This document shows, piece after piece, positions 41,280-52,710 of a DNA stretch of 64,000 bases. The notes under the pieces are model-generated. The model did not search any database, was not told where the DNA came from, and saw only the letters and a program-made list of their open reading frames with translations. The number at the start of each line of letters is the position of its first letter. Within the stretch, counting starts at the first letter, position 1. The DNA is taken from positions 192,001 to 256,000 of the forward strand of contig CAVXPZ010000003.1 of assembly GCA_963763775.1 (NCBI GenBank), given 5' to 3'. Source of the stretch: an uncultured Chloroflexia bacterium (GTDB lineage Bacteria > Chloroflexota > Limnocylindria > Limnocylindrales > CSP1-4). Position numbers and translations under genes: made by a program.

Positions 41280-42244
41280 ATGACACCGCGCGTGTCGCCC
41301 GGCCGGTTCGGCCGCTTCATGGCGGTCCTGGCGACGGCCATGCTCGTCGTCGCCTGCAGCGGGGCGGGCGGATCGTCCGCCGCCCCGACCGCGGACCCCG
41401 TCCAAGGACAAGCTCGCCCAGGTCCTGACCCGCGGGACCCTCGTCGGGTTACGCCGAGCTCGACTATCCGCCGCAATCGATCCGCGTCGAAGGTGCGACC
41501 CGGGCCGCCACGACGAAGTGCCTGCCGAACCAGATGACGGCGCAGGAGGTCACCGGCTTCGATGTCGAGACGACCAAGCTGGTGGCGCAGCGGCTCGGCG
41601 TCGAGGCGTGCTTCGTGCAGCCGACCTGGACCGAGGTCACGTCCGGCAACTGGAACGACCGGCTCGACATCGTCTACGGCTCCGGGGCGATCAACGCGAC
41701 GCGGATGGAGCACCTGTGGATGACGCAGCCGTACTACTACGTCCCGCAGCAATTCCTCGTCGGGGCGGACTCGGCTTTCACGCAGCTGTCCGACCTCGAT
41801 GGCAAGAAGATCGGCACGTGCACCAGCTGCACCGTCGAGTCGTACCTGAAAGGCACGCTCAAGATCCCGGGCGTGGACCTGATCCAGAAGGTCAAGGACC
41901 CCCAGCTCGTCGGCTTCGAGACCGAGGCGCCCGGGATCGACGCGCTGGCCGCGGGCACGATCGATGCGTTCCTCACCGCCGAGCCGGTGGGTCTCGAGGC
42001 CGTCAAGGAGGGCAAGCCGCTGCGGCTGCTCGACGAGCCGGCGTTCTCGATGTATCCGACCGGCTTCGTCGACAAGGGCTCCGGGCTCAGTGACACGGCA
42101 TTCGCCGCGAAGGTCGACGAGATCATCCGCGCCGCGCACGCGGATGGCACGCTCAAGGCGATGTCGATGCAGTGGTTCGGCTCCGACTACACGACGCCGG
42201 CGTCGACGTTCGACCTGGCCAAGCTCCAGCAGCAGATCCCATGA
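41280..42244 (+). CDS. Family-3 solute-binding lipoprotein, 4-Cys subtype (paralogue 2; frameshifts near 41398 and 41449)
   Basis: GGAGG RBS; lipobox VVAC; KDKLAQVLTRGTL, DYPPQS, TKC, EAC, CTSC, MTQPYY, DGTLKAMSMQWFG. Confidence 0.87.
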
Positions 42245-43197
42245 GGCGCCCCATGAGGCCGTTCCGCGTCGCCGCCCTCGGATTCGTCATCCTGCTTGCC
42301 GTGGCGGCGTGCAACGGTGCCGCCGCCTCGCCATCGGCGTCCGCCGCGGACCCGACCAAGGACAAGCTCGCCCAGGTCCTCGCGCGCGGCACGCTCGTGC
42401 TCTCGACCGACCCGGACTACGCCCCGCAGTCGTTCGCGGTCAAGGGCGCCACACGCCTCGCGAACACCAAGTGCGCGCCCAATCAGATGACCGCGCCGGA
42501 AGTCTCCGGGTACGACGTGGAGACCGGGAAGCTCGTCGCGGCGGCGCTGGGCGTGGAGCCGTGCTTCGTGGCGGCCCCGTGGGAGCAGATCATCGCGGGC
42601 GACTGGGGCGATCGGTGGGACGTGGCGTGGGGCTCCGGCGCGCTCACCGCCGACCGGATGAAGAGCCTCTATGTCACGCAGCCCTACTACTCGACGCCGG
42701 CGAACTACTTCGTCCGCGCGGACTCGCCGTACCAGAAGCCCGCGGACCTCTCGGGCAAGCAGATCGGCGCGTGCGCGGGCTGCACCCACGAGCAGTACCT
42801 GCGCAAGACACTCACGCTGCCCGGCGAGACGCTCCAGTACCCGGTGACTGATCCGAAGATCGTCACGTACGCCTCTGAGGTGCCGGGGTTCCAGGCGCTC
42901 GAGGCCGGGACCATCGACGCCTTCCTCAGCAGCCAGCCTGTCGGCGCCGCCGCGATCGCGTCCGGGGCCAAGCTTCGGATGCTGGACGAGGCCGCGTTCT
43001 ACACGCAGAAGACCGGCTATGCGGACCGCGGACTGACCCTCGATCCGGTCGCGTTCCTGACCCGCGTGGACCAGGCGATCGCCGACCTTCACGCCCAGGG
43101 CAAGCTCAAGGCGCTCTCCGAGCAGTACTTCGGCACGGACTTCGCGACGGCGGCATCGACGTTCGACCTGGCCTCGATCGACCAGCAGGTCCCGTAG
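42241..43197 (+). CDS. Family-3 solute-binding lipoprotein, 4-Cys subtype (paralogue 3)
   Basis: ATGA overlap with paralogue 2; lipobox VAAC; DKLAQVLARGTL, TKC, EPC, CAGC, VTQPYY. Confidence 0.9.
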   Translation: MRRPMRPFRVAALGFVILLAVAACNGAAASPSASAADPTKDKLAQVLARGTLVLSTDPDYAPQSFAVKGATRLANTKCAPNQMTAPEVSGYDVETGKLVAAALGVEPCFVAAPWEQIIAGDWGDRWDVAWGSGALTADRMKSLYVTQPYYSTPANYFVRADSPYQKPADLSGKQIGACAGCTHEQYLRKTLTLPGETLQYPVTDPKIVTYASEVPGFQALEAGTIDAFLSSQPVGAAAIASGAKLRMLDEAAFYTQKTGYADRGLTLDPVAFLTRVDQAIADLHAQGKLKALSEQYFGTDFATAASTFDLASIDQQVP

Positions 43198-43216
43198 GCC
43201 GGATGGGCGTCGCCCG

Positions 43217-46200
43217 ATGAGCCGCGGGATCGTCTGGCCCTGGCGACGCAGCCTGCGGGCTCGGCTCATCGCGTACTTCCTGCTGCTCTCGACGGTCACC
43301 GTCCTGATCGTCGGCGGCGTCGTGTTCTTCCGCGCGACCGACGACCTCACGAACGGCATCTACGACCGCCTCGACGCGGTCGCCGCGGTCAAGGCGGATG
43401 CGCTCGACCGCTGGATCGACGAGCAGACGCGCAACGTGGTCTACGTCGGCGCGATCCCGGGTTTCGGCGACGACGCCCGGACGTTCCTCGACCCGACGGC
43501 GGCCGCCGGCGCCAGCAGCGAGGCGGCCACGCGGCTACGTAACGACCTCGCGACGATCGTCTCCAAGACCGCCGACGCCGAGGAGATCTACATCCTCGAC
43601 CTCGACGGCAAGGTGCGGCTGTCGACCCTCGCGGAGCACGAAGGCGCGGCGCAGGGGAGCGAGCCGTTCTTCTCTGACGGCTCCTCGCATACGACGGTCC
43701 AGAACGTGTACACCTCGAGCCTGACCGGACGGCCCACGATCACCGTCGCGACCCCGCTGTTCGATCAGGACGGCGGCGGCCAGCGGGTGGCCGTCCTCGC
43801 GGCGAACCTGAGCCTCCAGCGGCTCGACCGGATCGTGCAGGAGCGGACCGGTCTTGGCGACACCGGCCGCACCTACCTCGTCGGCCCGGACCGGCGGCTC
43901 ATCCAGGGGACGGCGCCCAGCGACTCCTCGATCAGCGCGGTCGACTCGCCGGCGATCCGCGCGGTGCTCGACCAGCACGATGGCCAGGGCCTCTACGCCG
44001 ACGACCGCGGGACGCCCGTCGTCGGGGTGTACCTCTGGCTGCGCGACCGCGGCGCCGGACTGCTCGCCGAGATCAGCCAGGACGAGGCGTTCGCGTCGGC
44101 GCGTCAGCTGGCGATCACGATCGCCCTGGTCGGGCTCGTCTCGACCTTGCTGCTCGTCGTGGGGATCCTGCTCATCGCCCGACTCGTGACCCGCCCGATC
44201 CTCTCGCTGGCGGCCACGGCCGAGCAGGTCACCGCGGGCGACCTCGACGCCGTGTCGGGGATCCACTCGGAGGACGAGGTCGGCACCCTTGCGGTGGCGT
44301 TCGACGGCATGACCGCGCAGTTGCGCGAGAACGTCGAGACCCTGGAGCGGCGGGTCACCGAGCGGACGGCCGAGTTGAACCGGCAGCGCTCGTACTACGC
44401 GTCGCTCGTCGAGGTCAGCCCCGTCGCGGTCGTGACGATGGACCAGACCGAGCGCGTGTCCGCGTGGAACCCGGCGGCGACGACGCTGTTCGGCTACGAG
44501 CCGGACGAGGCCATCGGGCACCCGATCGAGGACCTGATCCTGCGCTCCGACGAGTTGCGCGCGGAAGGCCACGACCTCGCCGCCGAGGCCGCCCGGGGCG
44601 GCCGTGTCCATCGTCTCGCCCAGCGCATGCGCAAGGACGGCTCGCTTGTCGACGTCGAAGTCCTGATGGTCCCGCTCGTGGTCGAGGACGAGCATCTCGG
44701 CTACTACGCGATCTACCACGACATCACCGAGCTGCAGGCGGCACGGCGCGACGCCGATTCGGCGAACCAGGCCAAGAGCGCCTTCCTGGCGGCGATGAGC
44801 CACGAGATCCGGACGCCGATGAACGCGGTCATCGGCATGAGCGGCCTGCTGATCGACACGCCGCTCGACGCGGAGCAGCGCGACTACGCCGTGACCATCC
44901 AGACGTCGGGTGAGGCGCTGCTCACGATCATCAACGACATCCTGGACTTCTCGAAGATCGAGGCCGGTCGCATCGAGCTCGACGCCCAGCCGTTCCGCCT
45001 GGCCGACACCATCGAGGGCGCGCTCGACGTCATGGGGCCGATCGCCGCGAGCAAGGGCATCGAGTTGGCGTATGCGCTCGACGCGGAACTCCCAGCGGTG
45101 CTGGTCGGCGACGCCGGGCGGCTGCGCCAGATCGTGCTCAACCTGCTCTCGAACGCGGTGAAGTTCACCGAGGCCGGCGAGGTCGTCGTGTCGGTCTCGG
45201 GCGCCCGGGTCGACGCGGGCGAACCCATCGCTGTCGCCGGTCGCTGGGAGGTGCATGTCGACGTCCGGGACACGGGGATGGGGATCCCGCCCGACCGGAT
45301 CGGCGGCCTCTTCCAGTCGTTCAGCCAGGCGGACGCGTCGATCTCCCGACGCTTCGGCGGCACGGGGCTGGGCCTGGCGATCAGCCGTCGGCTCGCCGAG
45401 CTCATGGACGGCTCCCTCACGGCCGAGAGCCGCGGTGTCGCCGGCGAGGGCAGCACGTTCTCGCTCGTCATCCGGTTGCCCGCGGGCGAGACGGCCCAGG
45501 GCGAGACCGCGACGGACGGCGCGAGCTCGGCCGGCGGCGTCGTGGACCTGGCCGGCCGGCGCGTGCTCGTGGTGGACGACAACGCGACGAACCTGCGGAT
45601 CGTGGCGACCCAGCTCGAACGGCTCGGCTGCGCGGTCACTGCCACGACGGAGCCGCTGGAGGCACGAGAGCTCGCGACCGTCGAACCGGCGGACTTCGCG
45701 GCCGTGGTGAGCGACCTGCGGATGCCGGGGCTCGACGGGATGGCGACTGGCCGCGGCCATCCGGGCGGCCGGGCTGGCCTCGCCGCCGGTGGTGATCGTC
45801 CTGTCCTCGGCCGGGCACCGCGACCGCGACACCGACGCCGTCGCGGCCTTCCTCACGAAGCCGGTGAAGCCCGCCGCCCTCCGCCAGGCGCTCGTCGCGG
45901 CGCTATCCGGGACACCGACCCCGGCGGTGACGCGCCCGGCGGACCGGCCGTCGATCGATGCCGAGACGGCCGCCCGGCACCCGCTCCGGATCCTGCTCGC
46001 CGAGGACAACGCCGTGAACCAGAAGCTGGCCCTGCGGCTGCTCGAGCGGATGGGCTACACGGCGCAGGTCGCGGAGAACGGCCTCGAGGTCCTCGACGCC
46101 CTCGAGACCGACGCGTTCGACGTCATCCTCATGGACGTCCAGATGCCCGAGCTCGATGGCCTGGAGGCGACGCGGCGGATCCGGGCGCGGTGGCCGGACC

Positions 46201-46349
46201 TGGCCGTGCGCATCGTCGCGATGACGGCGAACGCGATGGAGGGCGACCGGGAGGCGTGCCTCCAGGCGGGGATGGACGACTACGTCTCCAAGCCGATCCG
46301 CCCGGACGAGCTGGCGACGGCGCTCGCGGCCGTCACGACCTCGGCCTGA
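43217..46349 (+). CDS. Hybrid sensor kinase: TM-Cache-TM-HAMP-PAS-HisKA-HATPase-REC-REC (frameshift near 45745)
   Basis: [37 protein letters not shown]; REC1 VVDDN/SDLRMP; REC2 LAEDN/MDVQMP in ORF 45789..46349. Confidence 0.92.
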
Positions 46350-46359
46350 ACCGCGCCTC

Positions 46360-47674
46360 TCAGCCCGAGGCGGGCCCCGCCGGCGGGGCGCCGAGCGTCC
46401 AGGTCGAGCCCTCGGCACCATCGCGGACCTCCACGCCGGCCTCGATGAGCCGGTCGCGGATGAGGTCGGCGGTGGTCCAGTCGCGGGCGTCACGCGCCCG
46501 GCCTCGAAGGACGAGCAGCGTGTCCACGAACGGCTCGACCGCCGCCTGCGGGTCCGCGCCACCGGCCGCGGCGGTCTCGCCGAGACGCGCGATGAGCGCC
46601 CGGAACGTGGAGCGGGCGTTGTCGAGATCCGGGCTGTCCTCGCCGGAACGGATCCGGCCCTCGATCGCCGTGTCGAGGTCGAGCAGCGCCGCGACGGCGA
46701 CGCTGGTGTCGCGATGGTCCAGCGCGGCCACGAAGGTGCCTTCGAGCTCGGCCATCTCGTCGCGGAGCGGCTCGGCCGTGCGGACCGGCTGACCGGTCGC
46801 GCGGGTCCGGACGGCCCTGGCGGTCGCGCCCGGGCTCCCAGCCGATGTCGACGGTCTCACCGGCGGCCAGGTCCCGCGGCGACATCGGCGATCGCGTCGA
46901 AGGCCACCTCGCTCCCGGCCGGGAAGACCGTGCCGCGGCCGGTCGACCCGGATCGTCACGCCGCCCAGGCCGGAGACCGCGGCCGTCCGCCGATCGAGGT
47001 CGAGGACGAGCGCCGTGTGGCTGTCGACGCCGAGCACGAACGTCCCCGGGGCAAGCTGCTCCTCGAGCGCGCGCAATCGGCGCTCGCCCATGTAGCAGAA
47101 GCGGGTGTCGTGGTTCCCGCCCTCGGCGTTGTCGTAGTGCGGGACGACGGCCGCCTGCCAGCCCGGTGACGGGGCCGAGCAGGTCAAGACCGGGGAGCCA
47201 GCGCGGGTCCTCGCCGACCTTGTAGATCTCGTAGACGGGGATCGTCACGGTCCCGAGGGTCAGGGCGGCCGCGCTGGCCATCGTCAGCACACCGCCGTCG
47301 CGGAGGCCGTCGGCCAGCGCGGACGGGATCGGGCCGTCCTCCCAGTGGCGCAGCGCGTAGCTCGGGCTGCCCGGGCCCGCCATCAGATAGCGAGCCTCGC
47401 GGATCCGCGAGACGGCGGTCGCCGCCGCCAGCGCATCGACGTCCCGCGATCGGTACGACGCGACGCCGACCGCACGGCCGACGCTCTCCTCGAAGAATCG
47501 GATCGTCCGCGCGCTCAGCTCGTCGGCGTTCTCCTGGAACCCGTACGGCGTGTCGAGGATCGCCGCGGACACGGCGCCCGCATCGAACCGATCGAAGAGC
47601 GCCCGGTGCACCTTCGCCATGGTCGGGGCCGTCTCACCGGAGCCCATGATGGCGAGGACTCGGGGCGTCGTCAT
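46360..47674 (-). CDS. Peptidase S51/cyanophycinase-fold protein fused to a CysRS C-terminal-like domain (several frameshifts)
   Basis: IMGSGETAP, LDTPYGFQEN, AGPGSPSYAL, ASAAA, PVYEIYKVG, PHYDNAEGG, GVDSHT; C-terminus RARDARDWTTADLIRDRLIEAGVEVRDGAEGSTW. Confidence 0.78.
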
Positions 47675-48533
47675 CCGACGAACCCGTCGGTCGTCATCTC
47701 GTGCATCACGCTGGAGAGTTCGTCCGGGTGCTGGGCGTGGATGTCGTGGTCGCCGACGAACCATCGCACCCGGGCCCTGGGCAGGGCGGCTTGCGCCGTC
47801 TCGACCACGCCACGGACCCGGGCGTTCCACGCCGGGTCTCGCTGCTCCGCGGGGGCCAGCTGCACCGGCACCGTGACGTCCCGATAACGCTCGCGTCGGG
47901 TGGTGGTCCCACAGGCCACGGAGGACCGTGATGTGATGGTCGAACGTGAGCCACGGCGCGATCGTCCCGTCGGGCCGGACCTCGAAGTTCGCGAGCGTGC
48001 CGCGGATCCCGGTCTCCGGCCAATCGGGATGGCCCGAGCGGATGTAGCCCTCGACCTCGGTGAGCGGTCGACCCACGAGCCGAGGCGGCGCGAGGGCCAT
48101 CGCGGCACGCGTCCCAGTCCGGGAACTGGTCGCGCAACTCGATCCAGCCGCCGTCGACGAGGACGAGGCCGCGTGTCGCGTCCGGGTGGCGCGCCGCCAG
48201 CTCGAGGACGACGTTGCCACCCCACGACTGGCCCGCGGCGATCGGCCGGTCGAGCCCGAGGATGGCGATCAGCGCGGCCAGGTCGTCGGCGACGGTCGGC
48301 ACGTCGTAGGGCCCGTCCGGCTTGGACGACCGGCCGTGCCCGCGGAGGTCCACGGTGTAGGCGGCGTGCCCGAGCTCGACGAGGTCGGCCGCGACGCCGT
48401 CCCAGAGGCGCGCGTTCGAGGCGAGCCCGTGGACCAGCAGGAACGGTGGGCCGGTGGCCGCCTCGGCCGCGGGCTCCCAGGCATCGACGGCCAGCTCGAC
48501 CCCGTCCGCCACCTCGATCCGTCGTGTCCGCAT
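47671..48533 (-). CDS. Alpha/beta fold hydrolase (frameshifts near 48105 and 47895)
   Basis: LLVHGLASN, DLRGHGRS, GQSWGG, LVDGG, GDHDIHAQHP; ATGA overlap with the downstream gene. Confidence 0.88.
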
Positions 48534-48596
48534 CGTCCGATGGTAGCCACCGCGGCCAGAGGCGGATCGGGGACGGTCACGCGGTATCGTGGTCGT

Positions 48597-49046
48597 ATGC
48601 CTCGGCTGACCTACGTGGCCACGATCGACCATCCGGCCGACTCGGTCTTCGCCTTCGTGTCGGACGCGGAGAACAATCCGAAGTGGCACGCGCATGTCCG
48701 CGAGACCCACTGGCTGGATGACCGGGATACCGGTCTCGGTCGCCGCGGCAAGCAGGTCGGTCATCTGTGGGGCCGCGACTGGACCTTCGTCGCGGAGATC
48801 GTCGAGTGGGAGCCGCCCCATCTCGTGACCTTCCAGGTCATCGAGGGCACGAAGGTCCGGACATCGATCCGCGTCGATCCGGAGGGGGCCGGCACGCGAC
48901 TCTCGCTGACCGTCACGACGCCGCCCGACCTCGGCCCACTCGATGGGTTCGTCAGCCGCGTCATGCAGCGACTCACGGCGTCGCGGGAATCCGGGGATAT
49001 CGTCCGGCTGCGGGCCGCGCTCGCCGCCGAAGACCGTCAGATCTGA
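48597..49046 (+). CDS. SRPBCC/START family protein
   Basis: TIDHPADSVFAFVSDAENNPKW, IVEWEPP, GTRL; TATCGT 6 nt upstream. Confidence 0.85.
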   Translation: MPRLTYVATIDHPADSVFAFVSDAENNPKWHAHVRETHWLDDRDTGLGRRGKQVGHLWGRDWTFVAEIVEWEPPHLVTFQVIEGTKVRTSIRVDPEGAGTRLSLTVTTPPDLGPLDGFVSRVMQRLTASRESGDIVRLRAALAAEDRQI

Positions 49047-49118
49047 CCGGACCGGGCCGGATCGGGTCGCTGACCCGATACGTCGGCTGCTCTTCTTGAG
49101 TCATCGGCGGCGGCGTCC

Positions 49119-49346
49119 CTACAAGCGGAACTCGGTCTCCTTGACGAGCCGTCCGGCTCGGTCAAAGGTCCGCCAGATCCCCGTCTGCCGGCCGCGATCG
49201 AATCGCCCGGTCCGCATCAACGACCCGTCGAGGCGGTACCACGACCAGTCGCCATGCATCTCGCCGGCAAGCCTCGTCCCCTGCATCTTCAGCGTGCCAT
49301 CGGCGTAGTGCACGACCTCCGGCACGACATCGCCTGACGTCGTCAT
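49119..49346 (-). CDS. Small MORN-variant repeat protein (YwqK-like)
   Basis: YADGTLKMQG...MHGDWSWYRLDGSLMRTGRFDRGRQTGIWRTFD. Confidence 0.8.
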   Translation of the reverse strand: MTTSGDVVPEVVHYADGTLKMQGTRLAGEMHGDWSWYRLDGSLMRTGRFDRGRQTGIWRTFDRAGRLVKETEFRL

Positions 49347-49400
49347 GCCCGAAAGTATGATCCGGGTATCACGCGCGGCGACGCAGCCCAGGACCGCCGC

Positions 49401-50632
49401 TCAGGGCTCGATCGCGAACGCCACGCGCGCCAGCCGGTCCGGGCCGTCGTCGAGCAGGTAGGCGGCCTCGTAGGCCCCCGGTGGGAGGGGCCACCGTCCG
49501 CCGACGGATGACTGATCGACGATGGCGGCCTCGCCGTCCAGCCGGACCGCGCCCTCGGCCCGCGCGCCGGTGTGCCGCCAGATGAGGTGCGCGTCGCGTG
49601 GATCCGTGACAGGCGCGGCGAAGACCGCGATCCAGTCCCATCGGAATCCCGGGCCGCCGCGCCCAACGCACCTCGATCGGCTCGCCGACCCGATACGTCG
49701 GCCGGCTGGTCTCGAGCCGGACCGGTCCGATCGCGTCGCGACGCCCCGGCTGGACCGCCGCGACGCGGCTCCCCGGTGGCTGCGCCATCGGCAGCGGCAC
49801 GACCTCCACGGTCGCGACGACCGCCCGGTGGTCCGACGGCCACGGGTCGACGCTGATCGCCACATCGGCTCGGCCCGCCTCGCCGACGATCCGGCAGTCG
49901 AGCACGCGCGCCGGCCCCGCCACGTAGACCATGTCGATCCGGTCGTCGGGCGTGTCCGGGCCCGGCTCGTAGCCGCCGGTCGGCGGCCGTTCGGCCCACC
50001 ACGTCAGACCGGGCTCGGCGAGCGGATCCGGGTGGACCTCCCGCCACGTGTCGCGGAACCCGGCCGCCTCGATCGGCCCGACTCACCGGCCACGGCACGG
50101 CCGCGCGGACGTGCCGCCGGAGCCCGACCGTCGCGCTCGTCCAGTCGAGGTGCGATGGCGCGTTGAAGTCGCCAGCCAGGAACACCGGGATGCCCGCCTC
50201 GATGAGCGCACGGGACGCCGCCAACGGCCGCTCCAGCCGAGGGAGCCGGATCCGCCGCTCCAGCTCGATGACCTCGGCGACCGAAGCCTCCCGAAGCATC
50301 GCCTCGGGACCGTACGGCTCGGCCGGCGGATGGACGCTCATCACCGCCACGACGCGGCCCGGCCGGACCTCCACGAACTGGTACGGCGCGTCGGCCTCCG
50401 GCGGGTCCACGATCGGGTGCGGCGAGATGACCTGCGTCCGGTGGGACGCGAACCCCCAGCCGAGCGAGGCGGCGATCCGGTCCGCGTTGCCCATCGCCTC
50501 CTGGAGGGCGACGATGTCCGGCTCCGCCCGCCGGATGGCCTCGACCACCTTGGCGAGGTCCACGCCGGCCCCGCCTTCCTCGATGTTGAAGACCATCACG
50601 CGGATGGTCGCGGGTTCGTTGGGGTCGTCCAC
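49401..50632 (-). CDS. Endonuclease/exonuclease/phosphatase family protein with C-terminal Ig-like domain (frameshifts near 50080 and 49665)
   Basis: VMVFNI, DIVALQE, FLAGDFNAPSHLDW, DRIDMVY, WPSDHRAVV. Confidence 0.85.
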
Positions 50633-50736
50633 GTGGCGAGTCTACGCACGGCCGAGCGGACCGCCCGACCCCGGCAGTCCCGCCCCGCGCATCGACCGGG
50701 AACGCATCGGCGCGGGGTGTGGCACAGTGCGCGCTC

Positions 50737-52665
50737 ATGGCGAACTTGCTCGCACGCCCCCTTCGCCTCGCGGCCGCGGCCATCCTGGCGGTCGCTGCGG
50801 TCCTGCCATCGGCAGGGTCGACCGCTGCGGCGGACCCGCTGATCCTCCGGGCCGGGACCGTCCAGGACCTCGACTCGATGAACCCGTGGAACACGGCCCT
50901 CGAGACCGGGTTCGAGGTGTTCACGCTCAACTACGAGCTGCTCGTCGGGTTCGGGTCGGACCTCGAGCCGGTCCCCGGCTACGCGGAGTCGTGGTCGCGG
51001 GTCGACAACGGCGACGGCACGTACACGTGGACCTTCAAGATCCCCGAGGGCAAGCTGTGGTCCGACGGCCAGCCGGCCACGGCCGAGGATGCCCGCTGGA
51101 CCCTCCAGTTCGTGCTCGACGCGGTCAACGGCGGCAACAGCGTGGGCCTGGGCTACCTCGACCCCGACCTCTCGAACGCGGGCATCACCAAGGTGGAGGC
51201 CCCCGACGCCACGACGCTCGTCGTGACCAACACGGACCCGTCGCAGCGGATCCTCCAGATGTACATCCCGATCCTGCCCAAGCACATCTGGAAGGACCAG
51301 ACCCTCGACTCGATCAACACGTTCGGCAACGACGCGCCGGTCGTCGGCAGCGGCCCGTACCAGGCGGTGGAGTGGCAGACCGGCGAGTTCGTGCGGTTCG
51401 TGCGGAACCCGAACTTCATCGGCCAGAAGGGTGCGCCCGACGAGGTCGTGATGCAGTTCTTCAAGGCGACGGACACGATGGTCCAGGCCCTTCGGAGCGG
51501 CGACCTCGACTACGCCCAGGGCGTCAATGCCGACCAGTTCGAAAGCCTCAAGGGCCAGCCCGACATCGCCACGGTCAACGGCACGACCAACGGCTGGACG
51601 ATGCTCGACTTCAACACGTACGGCAAGGACATCAAGGGCGGCGGGGCATCGACGAAGGCGCTCCGCGACCCGGCCTTCCGTGACGCCCTCGGCTACGCGA
51701 TCGACAAGGACCTGCTCGTCGAGCGCGTGCTGGGCGGGCACGGCACCGTCGGTTCGACCCAGGTGCCGCCCTTCCAGGCGCGGTGGCATGTCGACCCCGA
51801 CAAGCCGCGGACGTTCGACATCGAGCTCGCCAAGCAGAAGCTGACCGACGCGGGGTACGTCCTCGATGGGTCCGGCCAGCGGCTGGACAAGGAGGGCAAG
51901 GTGCTCAACCTCCGGCTCTTCCTGCCGACCGACTCGCCCCTGTACCCGAAATCCGCGGCCTTCATCAAGGACTGGTTCGCCCAGCTCGGCATCAAGGTGA
52001 CCACGTCCGTCTACGACGCCGCGACGCTCACCGAGAAGGAGCTGCCGCCCGAGGCCGGCAAGGGGTACACCGCCGACTGGGACATGATCATCTGGGGCTG
52101 GACCGGCTACGCGGACCCGAACCCGCTCATCCAGATCTTCACGACCGATGCGATCGGGAACACCAGCGACAGCTTCTACTCGAACCCGACGTACGACCAG
52201 CTCTTCATCGACCAGAACAAGGCCACGAGCGACGACCAGCGCCACGCGCTGATGGCGCAGATGCAGAACCTCTTCTACGACGACGCGCCGTACCACATCC
52301 TCTACTACGAGGACACGCTCGCGGCCTATCGGACCGACAAGTTCGGCGGCTGGAAGAACCAGCCGGCGAACGGGGTGCCGCTCTTCGGCTACGGCTCGCT
52401 GGACTACACGCTCCTGACGCCGGCCGCAGCGGCGACGCCGGCACCTTCGGCGACAGCCGGCGGAGCCGTGGCCTCGCCGACCGGGTCGGCGGCGCCGGGC
52501 GCCTCGTCGGCGCCGGTCGCCTCGCCGGCACCGGGTTCGACCGCTTCGTCCGATGGCGGGAGCGTGCTGCCGGTCGTGCTGATCGGTGGCGTCGTGGTCG
52601 TCGTGCTCGGTGCGCTCGTCCTCCGACGACGCCGCCCCCAGCCTGAGGACGCTGACGACGATTGA
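50737..52665 (+). CDS. Family-5 (peptide/nickel) ABC solute-binding protein with C-terminal TM anchor
   Basis: Signal peptide, DLDSMNP, WSDGQPATAED, VGSGPY, FRDALGYAID, DAPYHIL; PAS-rich linker + TM + RRRR. Confidence 0.9.
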   Translation: MANLLARPLRLAAAAILAVAAVLPSAGSTAAADPLILRAGTVQDLDSMNPWNTALETGFEVFTLNYELLVGFGSDLEPVPGYAESWSRVDNGDGTYTWTFKIPEGKLWSDGQPATAEDARWTLQFVLDAVNGGNSVGLGYLDPDLSNAGITKVEAPDATTLVVTNTDPSQRILQMYIPILPKHIWKDQTLDSINTFGNDAPVVGSGPYQAVEWQTGEFVRFVRNPNFIGQKGAPDEVVMQFFKATDTMVQALRSGDLDYAQGVNADQFESLKGQPDIATVNGTTNGWTMLDFNTYGKDIKGGGASTKALRDPAFRDALGYAIDKDLLVERVLGGHGTVGSTQVPPFQARWHVDPDKPRTFDIELAKQKLTDAGYVLDGSGQRLDKEGKVLNLRLFLPTDSPLYPKSAAFIKDWFAQLGIKVTTSVYDAATLTEKELPPEAGKGYTADWDMIIWGWTGYADPNPLIQIFTTDAIGNTSDSFYSNPTYDQLFIDQNKATSDDQRHALMAQMQNLFYDDAPYHILYYEDTLAAYRTDKFGGWKNQPANGVPLFGYGSLDYTLLTPAAAATPAPSATAGGAVASPTGSAAPGASSAPVASPAPGSTASSDGGSVLPVVLIGGVVVVVLGALVLRRRRPQPEDADDD

Positions 52666-52710
52666 CGTGAGCCGCCGACACGATCAGGCGGCCGAACCGG
52701 GTCTCGTCCG

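Noticed and set aside
46360-47674. Cysteinyl-tRNA synthetase (cysS)
   Set aside because: Only the C-terminal motif is present; no HIGH/KMSKS or zinc catalytic domain.
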